DNA of 64,000 nt from positions 3,296,001 to 3,360,000 of the forward strand of contig CAVOFT010000001.1 of assembly GCA_963695095.1 (NCBI GenBank), in the 5' to 3' direction. The translations under genes and the position numbers were made by a program. The stretch comes from an uncultured bacterium. GTDB taxonomy: Bacteria; Krumholzibacteriota; Krumholzibacteriia; JACNKJ01. Of the stretch, positions 43,801 through 52,702 are shown in pieces (the stretch's first letter is position 1; the number at the start of each line of letters is the position of its first letter). The notes beneath the pieces were generated by a model. That model had not been told where the DNA came from. It was given only the letters and a program-made list of their open reading frames with translations, and made no database searches.

Positions 43801-45559
43801 CCTGCACCTCGGCCGCGGTGCCCAGCAGGTTCCTCCGGCGTTCGGCGGTGTCCTGATCCCGCAGGTGACCCACGCGCTTGGCCAGGCTGGGTAGCCGCGC
43901 GGAGAGACTGCCGCCATGGGCGAACAGGCGCAGACCCTCATCCAGCTCCTGCCACAGCGCCTCCTCCTGCTCGGGAGTCGGCAGCGCACTCGAGGCGGAG
44001 TCGCCCCAGCCGCCAGGCCGCAAGCTCCGCTGCTGCCGGCGCAGAAGCAGGACCAGCCAGAGGATCGCCAGCGCCGCAGCGGCGAGGAGGCCAATGAGCA
44101 GGCCGCGCAGGCGGCCCCATCCTGACTTCGGCTCCGTCCCTGTGACCGGGCTCGGTCCGGCAAAATCGGGATTGGGCTCGAGCCGCAGCATCCCGACCTG
44201 CTGCGGAGCCAGGCCGGCGACCGCGAGGCGCGGAATCCCGTCCCCGCCCCGCCAGCAGCGCAGCTGGATAAGGGGATTCACCAAGCGCTCCGTCAGGCCG
44301 CTTGGCCACAGGGCCAGCGGCACGAGCGCCCGGTCGCAGACCAGCAGGTCATCGCCGACGCGCAGGACGAGTTCCGGCCAGGTATCGCCGGTCAGGTCGG
44401 CTGCGCAGAGGGGCTGGACGGAAGGCGCGAACCACCAGCGCGCGCGCTCCTCGAGCCGGCTGTCGAGGAGAAGCAGGCTGCCGTCGGCCAGCCCGATCAG
44501 GACGTCCTCCGCGCCGTCGCCATCCAGATCCGCCACCAGGGGCGGGCCGGTCAGGCCACCTGGCAGCGGCCGCGCCCGCACCAGGAGCCCCGCGGCGTCG
44601 TAGAGGCGCAGCTCGTCAGCCTGGGAGCGGCTCAGGCTCGCCAGCACCAGGGGCAGCGCCTGCGCGCTCGGACGCAGGGGTTGCGTGGCGGCGAGGGTGG
44701 CGAACGCGCCCGCCTGCACGTTCAGCCGATCGCGGCCCGTCAAGTCGATCACCCGCCAGTAGGAATGGTCATCGCTGCCGCGCGCACAGGAGTCGCCATT
44801 GCCGCTGGCGTAGCTGGACAGGAAGAGCTCGCGCTGGGAGTCCCCATCCAGGTCGGCAAGATGATAGCCGAAGGTGTTGTTGGGCAGGCGGATCTGCGTG
44901 CGCAACACTCCCTGCAGGTCGTAGACCAGGAGCCCGCGCGGCGCGCTCCGCCAGTTGAAGCCCGCCATGGTCTGGACAAGGATGCGGCCCTCCGGGGCCA
45001 GGATCCGGCCCTCGAGATGGCTGCGCGGCAAGTGCTCGTGGCCCGAGCCCTCATGTCCCACCGCGATGTCGGCAAGCACGAGCAGCGTGTCGCACTGCAC
45101 CGTTCCCGTAGCGCCCCGCCGCAGGCGCTCTAGCCAGAAGCCCAGGCGCCGGTGCTCGCTGTCGTAGTGCCAGAACAGCAGCTCTTCGGCACCGTCCCCG
45201 TCCAGATCGCCACCGCCGGCCAGGCCGCCCTGATAGAGGGGAAAGTTCCACTGCCAGATCGGATTCTGGGGAGCCGCGAGTTCGAAGAGGAGGACGCTGC
45301 TCAGCCCTTCGCCCAGGGGTTCACGGCCGCTGGCCAGGAACTCGGGCGTCGCGTCGCCCAGGAGCTGGGCCAGCCGGAACTCCGTGGCGGCGAAGGAGCC
45401 CTCCTTGGCCAGGCGCCAGGGCAGGGTGGCGGGAGCCGGCAGGGCGTTGCGAGGCCTGTCATCGCCGACCGCCGAGTTCCCCCGGTGGGCCGGCAGGAAC
45501 AGGAGCAGGCAGAGGCAGGCCGACAGCAGGGGCCGGCGAGGCGGCGTCGTCCGCAGCAT
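40889..45559 (-). CDS. Tandem double FG-GAP sensor / histidine-kinase-like protein
   Basis: SP; DLDGDG repeats; TM; eroded kinase-like region; internal hydrophobic segment; second DLDG set; TM; HATPase_c with N-box ENLIANA, G1 EDSGPGV, F-box IFEP, GDGL. Confidence 0.75.
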   Translation of the reverse strand: MLRTTPPRRPLLSACLCLLLFLPAHRGNSAVGDDRPRNALPAPATLPWRLAKEGSFAATEFRLAQLLGDATPEFLASGREPLGEGLSSVLLFELAAPQNPIWQWNFPLYQGGLAGGGDLDGDGAEELLFWHYDSEHRRLGFWLERLRRGATGTVQCDTLLVLADIAVGHEGSGHEHLPRSHLEGRILAPEGRILVQTMAGFNWRSAPRGLLVYDLQGVLRTQIRLPNNTFGYHLADLDGDSQRELFLSSYASGNGDSCARGSDDHSYWRVIDLTGRDRLNVQAGAFATLAATQPLRPSAQALPLVLASLSRSQADELRLYDAAGLLVRARPLPGGLTGPPLVADLDGDGAEDVLIGLADGSLLLLDSRLEERARWWFAPSVQPLCAADLTGDTWPELVLRVGDDLLVCDRALVPLALWPSGLTERLVNPLIQLRCWRGGDGIPRLAVAGLAPQQVGMLRLEPNPDFAGPSPVTGTEPKSGWGRLRGLLIGLLAAAALAILWLVLLLRRQQRSLRPGGWGDSASSALPTPEQEEALWQELDEGLRLFAHGGSLSARLPSLAKRVGHLRDQDTAERRRNLLGTAAEVQETLGELLKLAPLAGRILGDDPEAERVLAGASALREALGRLRADGDPRAVAIEQGAELQDRCQDLSQCSRALAERVRLRAQKPVLDQLLQLLPTLQGLTAAAGVPFELRLTGDLAQRRLNLRFAEFADAISGLVEIGLTRIPREGGVSLRLCLAVERDVLQLSAETPGGSDSEATAARWAAFSERQSELADARREGDALRLRLPMRDEGRPTARTRSAVAGLLALMALLAAARPAGSTEPRGPTTHHFRVQESITFEAATAHLLCADLEGDSADNAALLLHSESSSASWLLLQRAQGRAGSESIPLASAGSWSLLGAADLDGSGRRQILLSRWADDALELHRLRLASPTQAAGTERLLALPAAARPAAGFPAPRFNQMLALPEDEGFLFAYTQAGLDPPGGLLAYSPARGILWQRDLSGPAHLEGLADLDADGQLELLVSVAASAGPRPPPGLQAAGTSWCLDLDGEGRVLRGEACGQPGSSLRRHVLRQVAKHVLGELRVLQSGQAGNTRLEYRPADGSPTLVIEPPWPCQDVAVLDLDGDGSDEFVLATGGFGAGEGELIAYDRRLQERGRWSLPGRPLALHTADFIADGPSQLLVVLPDDLLLLDRHFVLRARLHESPGGARDIRELALCSPGQRKSGVALLGMGQLLLLRIAPGSGHGVCDRDWFVWPGLGALLGLALGLALPWPRYWWRRRGEPDIGPWQPRALLLGLLQDLRCREGRRERFSALREACLLAARGGTEASRRAAADLAALRAPLAALDAAWPAELEPRGRGSLRALLAPSGTELRPKDWLRLARELERLGPRLCGLEARLAERLGADPVACFQTALARCLQAEPPLDELSLSILGGQAPPVFFEPAQLTIVFENLIANALEAMSAGASRRLHLLAEVQGDQLRLLFEDSGPGVAPGRLARIFEPWESSKVPLGGDGLVIARKLVVGFGGRIACLPGPGSLGGARFQLHLRLLGNLE

Positions 45560-45637
45560 GGCGCCCCATTCGATGGGTGACCCATCGAGTCTATCAGCTT
45601 TCATCTTTAGGAGATAGCGCTAATTCGAGGATCATCA

Positions 45638-47968
45638 TCATGAATCAGAGGCGGCGACCTGCCGCGAGCGCTCCGGCCCTTCGGCGAGGATGAACGCCAG
45701 CTGCACGCCGCCGTCCTGGCAGCGCAGGCCGCAGTGCAGGCGCGCGGCCGCCGCCGCGATGCCGAGCCGCTCCAGGTCGGCCGCGCCCGGAGCCGATCCT
45801 GCCAAATCGTCCCGGCAAGCGACCAGGAGCTGCGTGGGCTCGCGCCGCGCCTGCAGCAGGAGCACTCCCGCTCCGCCGCGGGCGCGCTGCCGGAAGAGTT
45901 GCCCGAGCAGGACGAAGAGCTGATCGGCCTCATCCGGATTGGCGACTGGCGCCTCGTCCCGCCAGTCGCCGGCGAGATCGAGGCGAAGCGAGAGTCCAAC
46001 GGCGGCGAAGCGGGTGAGCAGGAGGCCGATGAAAGCAGCGGGCGGGACGGCGAGTCGCGCGTCAACCTGCAGGTGCAGGGCCTCGATTCCGGCGCTGATC
46101 GCCCGCGCCGCCCGTTCCGCGGCGGCCAGCTCGTTGGCAGGCGGCAAGCGGTCGGGAGCGAGAACAGAGGCGAGCTGCGCGAGCCGCTCGGCGTCCGCCT
46201 GGAAGGCCCGGCAGCGCAGCTTGTCCCAGGCTCCGGCCGCGGCCAGGTCGCCGATCTGCCGCAGGATGGGCAGCGTCTGCAACCGAAAGGCCGCCGCCGC
46301 CGCCCGCAGGCGGGGGAAATAGCGCGCCGCCGTGTCCCGCTCCCCCTGGCTGTTGCGCAGGGCGAAGATCAGGCTGTCGAGCTGGCCACGGGCGGCGGCA
46401 CTATGGCGAAAGCCACGGAGCTGGTCGCGCAGCGGGCGCCAGCACTCCGCCGCCGTCGCCGCGCCGGCCGCGGACCCTCCCCGCTTCAGCCAGAGCGACC
46501 CTGCGAGCGAACCGATGGCCAGGCCTGCGACAGCTGCGATGAGCGCCAGAAGCCAGCGCGCCGGCTCGCCCCGCGCTTGCGCGGCCGCCCCCGGCAGCAG
46601 CTCGAGCAGCAGCGAAGCCCCCGGCTGACCGCGACTCATGGCGACGAAGCGCCGACCCTCCGCGCTGACCCAGCCGGTCGCTTGCTGAGGCAGCTGATGC
46701 GAGTAGAGCAACTCGCCGTCCCAGAGCGCCAGCGGCGCCAGCGTCTGGTCGAAGAGGCCGAGCCGATTGCCGACCGCGATCAGGAGATCCGGCCGGCCAC
46801 GGCCGCGCAGATCCACCGCCGCCAGTGGGCCCACCGCGGCCGCGAAGCGCCAGTCGGCGAGCAACTGCAGATCGCGATCGAGGAGCAGCAAGCGGCCGTC
46901 CGTGAGGCCGAGCAGCAATTCATCGCTGCCATCGCGGTCCCAGTCGACGACCAGACTGCGCCAGAGGGCCGCCGGCAGGCTACGCTCGCGCAGGAGGCGA
47001 CCGTCCGCGGCGTAGATGCGCAGGGGACAGTGCTCACCCTCGCCGAGCAGCAGCGCCGCAATGGCGGGGGCCTGCCCCGCGATGCGCATGGGCTGGGTCT
47101 GGGCCTCGCTGAAGGCGCCGCCCGCTTCGACGTCAAGCAGGCGGCGGGCGTCGGCATCGATCACCCGCCAGTAGGAGTGGCAGTCGTCCTCGCCGGGCAG
47201 CCTCTGGCCGTTGCAGGTGGCATGCGTGCCGAGGAAGAGCTCCGGCCGGCCGTCGCCGTCGAGGTCGGCCAGCGCCGTGATGTAGACATTCGGGGCGGCG
47301 GCGGCGTGCCGGCGCAGACGACCCTGCGCATCGAGCAGGAGCGGGCCGCGGGGCGCCAGGCCAAAGCCCGCGACAGGCAGGGCGACCCAGAGATCCGCCG
47401 CCGCATCGAGCCGCCCCGACCCGTGCATCTGCGGGGCGAACTCGGCGCCGGCGCCGGCAGTCGGCACTGGAATCGCCTCGCTGCGCCAGAGCGTCTCGGT
47501 CCGCAATCCACCGGGGCCGAGGCGCAGGGCGTCCGCCCGGAGCCGGAAGCCGCCTTCGTCGCGGATCCAGAAGAGCAGCTCTTGGCGTCCGTCGCCGGCC
47601 AGCAGATCCGCCGTGCCGGCCAGGCCGCCCTGGCCGGCGACGAAGTTCCATTGCTTGAGAGGACGCGACACCGAGCCCTCCAGCCGCGAAGCCAGCACGA
47701 AGCTGTGGCTGAGCGTATCGGGGCCTGCCCCGCAGGTGACGAGCTCCGGTGCGCCGTCGCCATCGAGATCGAGGACGAAGAGCTCACTCCCCCGCAGGGC
47801 CAGGCAGGTCTCCAGGGTCAAGGGCAGGGAATCCCGCGCGGGCAGCCCGACGGGCAGGGGCGCCGGCTCGCTGGTCACCCTGTGCGGCACGAGCGCGAGC
47901 AGGAGCAGGGCGACGCCCAAGCGGCGGACAACAGCGCAGCGCCTGCCATTGGGGATCCGGGTGCGCAT
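45638..47968 (-). CDS. FG-GAP repeat membrane sensor with degenerate kinase-like cytoplasmic domain
   Basis: SP; DLDGDGAPELV, DLDGDGRPELFL, DWDRDGSDELL; TM; paralog of first module of the downstream gene (DDxHSYWRVID, APRG, QWNF). Confidence 0.75.
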   Translation of the reverse strand: MRTRIPNGRRCAVVRRLGVALLLLALVPHRVTSEPAPLPVGLPARDSLPLTLETCLALRGSELFVLDLDGDGAPELVTCGAGPDTLSHSFVLASRLEGSVSRPLKQWNFVAGQGGLAGTADLLAGDGRQELLFWIRDEGGFRLRADALRLGPGGLRTETLWRSEAIPVPTAGAGAEFAPQMHGSGRLDAAADLWVALPVAGFGLAPRGPLLLDAQGRLRRHAAAAPNVYITALADLDGDGRPELFLGTHATCNGQRLPGEDDCHSYWRVIDADARRLLDVEAGGAFSEAQTQPMRIAGQAPAIAALLLGEGEHCPLRIYAADGRLLRERSLPAALWRSLVVDWDRDGSDELLLGLTDGRLLLLDRDLQLLADWRFAAAVGPLAAVDLRGRGRPDLLIAVGNRLGLFDQTLAPLALWDGELLYSHQLPQQATGWVSAEGRRFVAMSRGQPGASLLLELLPGAAAQARGEPARWLLALIAAVAGLAIGSLAGSLWLKRGGSAAGAATAAECWRPLRDQLRGFRHSAAARGQLDSLIFALRNSQGERDTAARYFPRLRAAAAAFRLQTLPILRQIGDLAAAGAWDKLRCRAFQADAERLAQLASVLAPDRLPPANELAAAERAARAISAGIEALHLQVDARLAVPPAAFIGLLLTRFAAVGLSLRLDLAGDWRDEAPVANPDEADQLFVLLGQLFRQRARGGAGVLLLQARREPTQLLVACRDDLAGSAPGAADLERLGIAAAAARLHCGLRCQDGGVQLAFILAEGPERSRQVAASDS

Positions 47969-48091
47969 GACCCTCCGGGGACGGAATCTACATATAAGGA
48001 GGATAGCGCGATTTGGCCGCGGGGGCGGCATGCAGGACGGGAACTGTCGCCCTGTTGCGACAGCTGCTCGCGCGAACGCGCAGCGTCCCTG

Positions 48092-49945
48092 CTACTTGAG
48101 CAAGAGCAGCTTCTGGCGGCCGAGATCGCGGTCGTCCAGCCGCAGGCGGGCGAAGTAGACGCCGCTGGCGACGCGGGCGCCGCGGCTGTCGCGGCCGTCC
48201 CAGCGGGCGAAGCCCGGGCCGGCGGGCAGCGCCTCGTCGAGCAGCGTGCGCAGCGCCCGCCCCTGGGCGTCGAGGATCTCCAGCCTGACGCGGCCGCCTG
48301 CGTTCAACTCGTAGCGCAGTCGCGTGCTCGGATTGAAGGGATTGGGGTGCGGCGCGAGCAGACGCCCCGCCCCAGCGTCCGGGAGCTCAGGCGCGGCGGT
48401 CCAGCCGAAGCCGGCGTCGCTGATCACCTGCCCGAGATAGGGACCCTGGGCAAGCGGCGCCGTGGGCGGCTGCGGATCCTCGCCCGAGCGAATGTACTCC
48501 TCGATGCTGTCAACGGCGATATGGCCCCAGCTCTGGCTGCTGAGGTCCGCGATGACGAGGAAGACGGTCTGCCCCGCGAGGCTGGAGAGGTTCCACAGCC
48601 GCGGCGTGAGGACATGGCTGTCCATGCCCGTCTCCGAGAAGAGGATGCGCTCGTCGCTGGCGCGCACCAAGGCCACGAAGGTGAGGGCGGGCTTGTTGCC
48701 GCCGCCGACGAGCAGCTTCATGCGATCGCCGCTCACGGTGAAGTCGTCGCTGCGGATCAGGCCGGTGGGCACATTGCCCTGGATGCGACCGGGCGGATAG
48801 ATGTCCGGGTCGTGGAAGAACTCATAGGTGGCGACATAGCTGTTGCCTTGCATCCCCGTGGGCACGCCGTTGCGCTCGTAGGGATTGTCGCCCCAGGTCG
48901 GCTGGAAGTTGAAGGCGGTGCCGAAGACGGTCGTCCAGTTGTCGGCGAAGCCTTCGTGGTAGCTGATCGTGGGCTCGCCCCCGGGCTCATCGAAGCTCAC
49001 ATCCCCGAAGCGGAAGAAGAAGCGGGTGCCGTCGCGCAGCTCAAGGCCGCGATGCAGACTCCAGAGGTCGGGCTCGCCGGGAATGCTCGTGATCTCGTTG
49101 GCATGGCCTTCGTCGATGTAGGTGCGATTGGCCTTGGACCAGGCGCCGGTGAAGCTGGGACTGGCGATGTGGCTGATCTGCTGCTCGCCCCCTTCCGTGA
49201 AGAACAGGTGGTAGTAGCCCCCGCGCTTCACGAGCTGCACGCTTTCGAGAACATTCCTGCTATCGTTGACGAAGAAGGCGCCGAGGTCCGTCCAGGGGCC
49301 CAGGTTGTTGCTGATGGCATGGCTGATGCCGCCCATGCTGTCCGGCGCGACGCTGACCGAGTTGAGCAGATACCACTGGGAACTGCCGTCTTCGTGGAAG
49401 AGCTCCGGATCGCGGCAGTTGGACCACTGGCCCGGGCTCCAGATCGCCCAGCTGCCGGGGCGGTACAGCGGGTTGCCCGCCCAGCGATACCAGTGGAAGA
49501 GATCGTAGGACGAGGCGAGGCCCGTTTGCTGCGTCAGGCCCCAGTTGGAGCCCGTGTAGTACATCAGCCAGTCGCCGCTGTTGGGATCGTCGATGATCTT
49601 CGGCGCCCAGACGAACTCCGACTCCCAGGCCGGCGGATTGGGGATGTCGACGGATAGGACGCTGTCCTGGCGCGTCCAGTGCCTGAGGTCGGGGCTCGTG
49701 ATGTGCCCGAACCACTGCTCCTTGCGCAGGTAGTGGCCGTCGGGCGGCAGGCTCTGGATGTAGAACACGTGATAGATGCCGTTGTGCTTGACCACCGCGT
49801 GGTCCTTGCACTGGATGCCCATCGTCTCGAAGAAGAAGGGGCGCTCGAAGTCGGCGAGCAGGAGGGCATCGGCTGCGGAAGTCCGAAGCATGAGAACGGC
49901 AAGGGCCCCTAGGAGAACCCGCGCGGCCATGGGGAAACGTGGCAT
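48092..49945 (-). CDS. Secreted GH32/clan GH-J-like five-bladed propeller glycosidase with beta-sandwich and FlgD-Ig CTD
   Basis: KDH..YHVFY, GHITSPDLRHW, WAP, RDP, ESV; levanase-type module LLVGGG..WGHIAVDSI; PNPFNP. Confidence 0.7.
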   Translation of the reverse strand: MPRFPMAARVLLGALAVLMLRTSAADALLLADFERPFFFETMGIQCKDHAVVKHNGIYHVFYIQSLPPDGHYLRKEQWFGHITSPDLRHWTRQDSVLSVDIPNPPAWESEFVWAPKIIDDPNSGDWLMYYTGSNWGLTQQTGLASSYDLFHWYRWAGNPLYRPGSWAIWSPGQWSNCRDPELFHEDGSSQWYLLNSVSVAPDSMGGISHAISNNLGPWTDLGAFFVNDSRNVLESVQLVKRGGYYHLFFTEGGEQQISHIASPSFTGAWSKANRTYIDEGHANEITSIPGEPDLWSLHRGLELRDGTRFFFRFGDVSFDEPGGEPTISYHEGFADNWTTVFGTAFNFQPTWGDNPYERNGVPTGMQGNSYVATYEFFHDPDIYPPGRIQGNVPTGLIRSDDFTVSGDRMKLLVGGGNKPALTFVALVRASDERILFSETGMDSHVLTPRLWNLSSLAGQTVFLVIADLSSQSWGHIAVDSIEEYIRSGEDPQPPTAPLAQGPYLGQVISDAGFGWTAAPELPDAGAGRLLAPHPNPFNPSTRLRYELNAGGRVRLEILDAQGRALRTLLDEALPAGPGFARWDGRDSRGARVASGVYFARLRLDDRDLGRQKLLLLK

Positions 49946-50064
49946 CGCTCACCTCACGAGAGGCCACTATTCTAGCAGATCCGGCGGCGGGGCGGGGGCG
50001 CAAATGCACGGGTGATCGGGGTCCGAAACGATGCGAAATCAGGAGCTTGTCCTGGAAACGGCGC

Positions 50065-51114
50065 TCAACCGACGGCGTCGCTCTCCCGCTCCCTGGCCTG
50101 CTGGGCAAGCACGCCGAAGGCTTCGGCGCGGCGCGGGTCCTGGCGCTCGGCATAGATGCGGCTGAGCAGGGCATACACCTGGGCCAGATCCCCCTTGCCC
50201 TCGGGAAGGCGCGCGAGCTGCTGCTCGGCGGCACTGAGCTCCCCCATTCCCACCAGCAGCTCGGCCCGACCCAGCGCGGCGCGCGCATAGCTCGGGTTCA
50301 GCTCCAGCGCCTTGCCGAGCTGCAGCAGCGACGCCTCGCGATGCTCGCTCTCCTGGAGCAGGCGGGCGAGATCGTAGCGCAGGTCCGGCCAGTCCGGCTG
50401 CAGGGCCACGGCGCGCTCGAGCAGCGTCACCGCCGCCGCCAGCTCACCCCGTCGATCCCGCTCGGCCGCCAGCTCGCGCAGGAGCTCGATGGACTGCGGC
50501 CAGCGTTGGCAACCGCGTTCGAGCAGATCGCAGGCCGCCTTCGCCTCGCCCGCTCGCCGCTCCCAGCGAGCGCGGTAGAGCCAGTGCCGATCGGGCTGCC
50601 GTCCGCAGAGGGCGGCCCAGGCATAGAGCCGGCGACCAGCTTCCGCCTCGGCGCGATAGCTGAAGAACTCGCCCATGGCCGCGAAGAGGCGGCGGAAGGC
50701 TGGACAGAGCAGCGCCCGCCGCGCTGCCGGCGCTTCGCTCGCCAGAGGCGCCACGGTGGCGAGCAGGGCTTCTCCTTCTTCTGCGCCCACTGAGAAAGCC
50801 TGGCGCAGCTCCTCGGCCACGGCCTCGGCGGCCGGCGGCGGAGCGCTCGGGCGCAGCCCGCCCTGGGCGGCGAGCCAGGTTTCCCAGAGCTGCCGATCCG
50901 CGAAGCCGGCCGCCTGCGCGGCCAGACTCGCTCGGGCCTCGGCGGCCGCGGCGAGGAGGGTATCGGCTGTCGGGGGATCGCTCTCGATCAGCAGCTGCCC
51001 GCGCAGCAGCGAGTAGAGACCCCACTCGAGCGTGAGATCCGGGTAGGGCGGGTGCTGCTCGCGCCGCCACCGGTAATAGGGTTCGATGCGCTCGAGGAGG
51101 GCGATCCAGTCCAT
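50065..51114 (-). CDS. TPR-repeat protein
   Basis: ERAVALQPDWPDLRYDLA, KALELNPSYARA. Confidence 0.7.
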   Translation of the reverse strand: MDWIALLERIEPYYRWRREQHPPYPDLTLEWGLYSLLRGQLLIESDPPTADTLLAAAAEARASLAAQAAGFADRQLWETWLAAQGGLRPSAPPPAAEAVAEELRQAFSVGAEEGEALLATVAPLASEAPAARRALLCPAFRRLFAAMGEFFSYRAEAEAGRRLYAWAALCGRQPDRHWLYRARWERRAGEAKAACDLLERGCQRWPQSIELLRELAAERDRRGELAAAVTLLERAVALQPDWPDLRYDLARLLQESEHREASLLQLGKALELNPSYARAALGRAELLVGMGELSAAEQQLARLPEGKGDLAQVYALLSRIYAERQDPRRAEAFGVLAQQARERESDAVG

Positions 51115-51120
51115 GCCGCC

Positions 51121-52065
51121 TCAGCTCTCGAAGAAGTGCTGCGCCTCGATCGTGCGAATCGTGCGCGAATGGCTGCGCATCACGATGCTGTGCGTGCTGC
51201 AGCCGCCCTTGTAGAAGCGCACGCCGCGCAGGAAATCGCCATCGGTGATCCCCGTCGCCGCGAACATGATGTTCTCGCCCATGGCCAGGTCCTGGAGATG
51301 GAAGATCTGGCCCGGATCGACCAGTCCCATGCCCAGGGCGCGCTCGCGTTCGGCCTCGTTGCGGAAGGCGAGGCGCGCCTGCATGTCCCCGCCCAGGCAG
51401 CGCAGCGCGGCCGCGGCGAGCACACCCTCCGGCGCTCCGCCGGTGCCGAGCAGGATGTCCACCGTGGCCTGCTCCACCGCCGTGGCGATGGCCGCCGAGA
51501 CATCGCCATCCGGGATCAGATGGATCCGACAGCCCACCTTGCGCACGCGGGCGATGAGCTGCTCGTGGCGCTCACGGTCAAGGATGGCCACCGTGAGATC
51601 GTGCACGGGCAGGCCCTTGGCCTCGGCGACGGCATGGAGGTTCTCCTCGGGGCTGCGCCGGATGTCGATGGCGCCCACGGCGGCCGGCCCCACGGCGATC
51701 TTCTCCATGTAGGTATCGGGGGCATGCAGGAACTGCCCGCGCGGCGCCACGGCGACCACCGAGAGGGCATTGGGCCGCCCGTAGGCCACGCTGTTCGTGC
51801 ACTCCAGGGGATCCAGGGCGATGTCCACCGCCGGCTCCTCCCCGGTGCCCACCGGCTCGCCGATGTAGAGCATCGGCGCTTCGTCGCGCTCACCCTCGCC
51901 GATGACGACCGTGCCGTCCATCGCGATCCTCGCGAAGCCCTCCCGCATCGCCGTGGTCGCGGCCTGATCGGCAGCATTGGGATCACCGCGTCCCAGCAAG
52001 CGAGACGAGGCGATCGCCGCCGCCTCGGTGACACGAACGATCTCGAGTGCCAGGTTGCGATCCAT
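51121..52065 (-). CDS. glpX: Class II fructose-1,6-bisphosphatase
   Basis: RVTEAAA, VVIGEGERDEAPMLYIGE, DPLE, APDTYMEK, DGDV, GGAPEGV, ATGITDG. Confidence 0.95.
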   Translation of the reverse strand: MDRNLALEIVRVTEAAAIASSRLLGRGDPNAADQAATTAMREGFARIAMDGTVVIGEGERDEAPMLYIGEPVGTGEEPAVDIALDPLECTNSVAYGRPNALSVVAVAPRGQFLHAPDTYMEKIAVGPAAVGAIDIRRSPEENLHAVAEAKGLPVHDLTVAILDRERHEQLIARVRKVGCRIHLIPDGDVSAAIATAVEQATVDILLGTGGAPEGVLAAAALRCLGGDMQARLAFRNEAERERALGMGLVDPGQIFHLQDLAMGENIMFAATGITDGDFLRGVRFYKGGCSTHSIVMRSHSRTIRTIEAQHFFES

Positions 52066-52083
52066 CTCGAGCCCCCTCCCGCC

Positions 52084-52560
52084 CTAGAGCGTCTGCGTTC
52101 CGGGTAGCGACTCCACGCGCGCCCGCGAAGGCTGCTCGTCATTGAGGATCACCGCTACGTCGTAGGCGTGCAGCATGTAGCCGACGACGAGGAGCGGCAG
52201 GGTTTCGCCGCGACTGACGAAGAGAAGGGCGAGGCCACCGAGCAGACCCCACCAGAACCAGTTGGGCTGCTCGAGGTAGAGATAGCTGAACGGTCCGAAG
52301 AAGAAGGCGAGCGTGGCGGCGAGGTAGGGCCGCTTGGGCAAGCGCGTGCCCTGCAGGCGCAGGGCGCGCGGCCAGAAGCTGTGGCTTCGATCCTCGCCCG
52401 CTGCGCTCTCGAGCGGGGGGTCGGCGCCCAGCGCCTCGGCCCCGTCGAGGGCGCTCTGGAGATCCGCTTCGCTGGGCAGCGTGCTCAGGTCGAGGCCGCA
52501 GGTCGGGCAGAAGCTGGCCTCCGCGGGTGCCGGCTGGGTGCAGCGAGGGCAATTCATCAT
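52084..52560 (-). CDS. Zinc-ribbon membrane protein
   Basis: CPRC..FCPTCG then KRPYLAATLAFFFG TM segments. Confidence 0.7.
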   Translation of the reverse strand: MMNCPRCTQPAPAEASFCPTCGLDLSTLPSEADLQSALDGAEALGADPPLESAAGEDRSHSFWPRALRLQGTRLPKRPYLAATLAFFFGPFSYLYLEQPNWFWWGLLGGLALLFVSRGETLPLLVVGYMLHAYDVAVILNDEQPSRARVESLPGTQTL

Positions 52561-52702
52561 GGCTCCTTTGCGGTGGCGGGGGTCCGGATCCTCGCGGCGC
52601 GGGTCGCGGCCAGGGCAGTCTAGGAGTCCCCCAGGGATCACGCAAGCATCATTCCGGCCGGATCCCTTGTCTCAATGGCAGCTCCGGCCCTACTCTCCAG
52701 GT

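Noticed and set aside
45570..45588. Short inverted repeat TCGATGGG-TGA-CCCATCGA before module B
   Set aside because: Real, but only an 8-bp stem with no second copy seen; function cannot be supported
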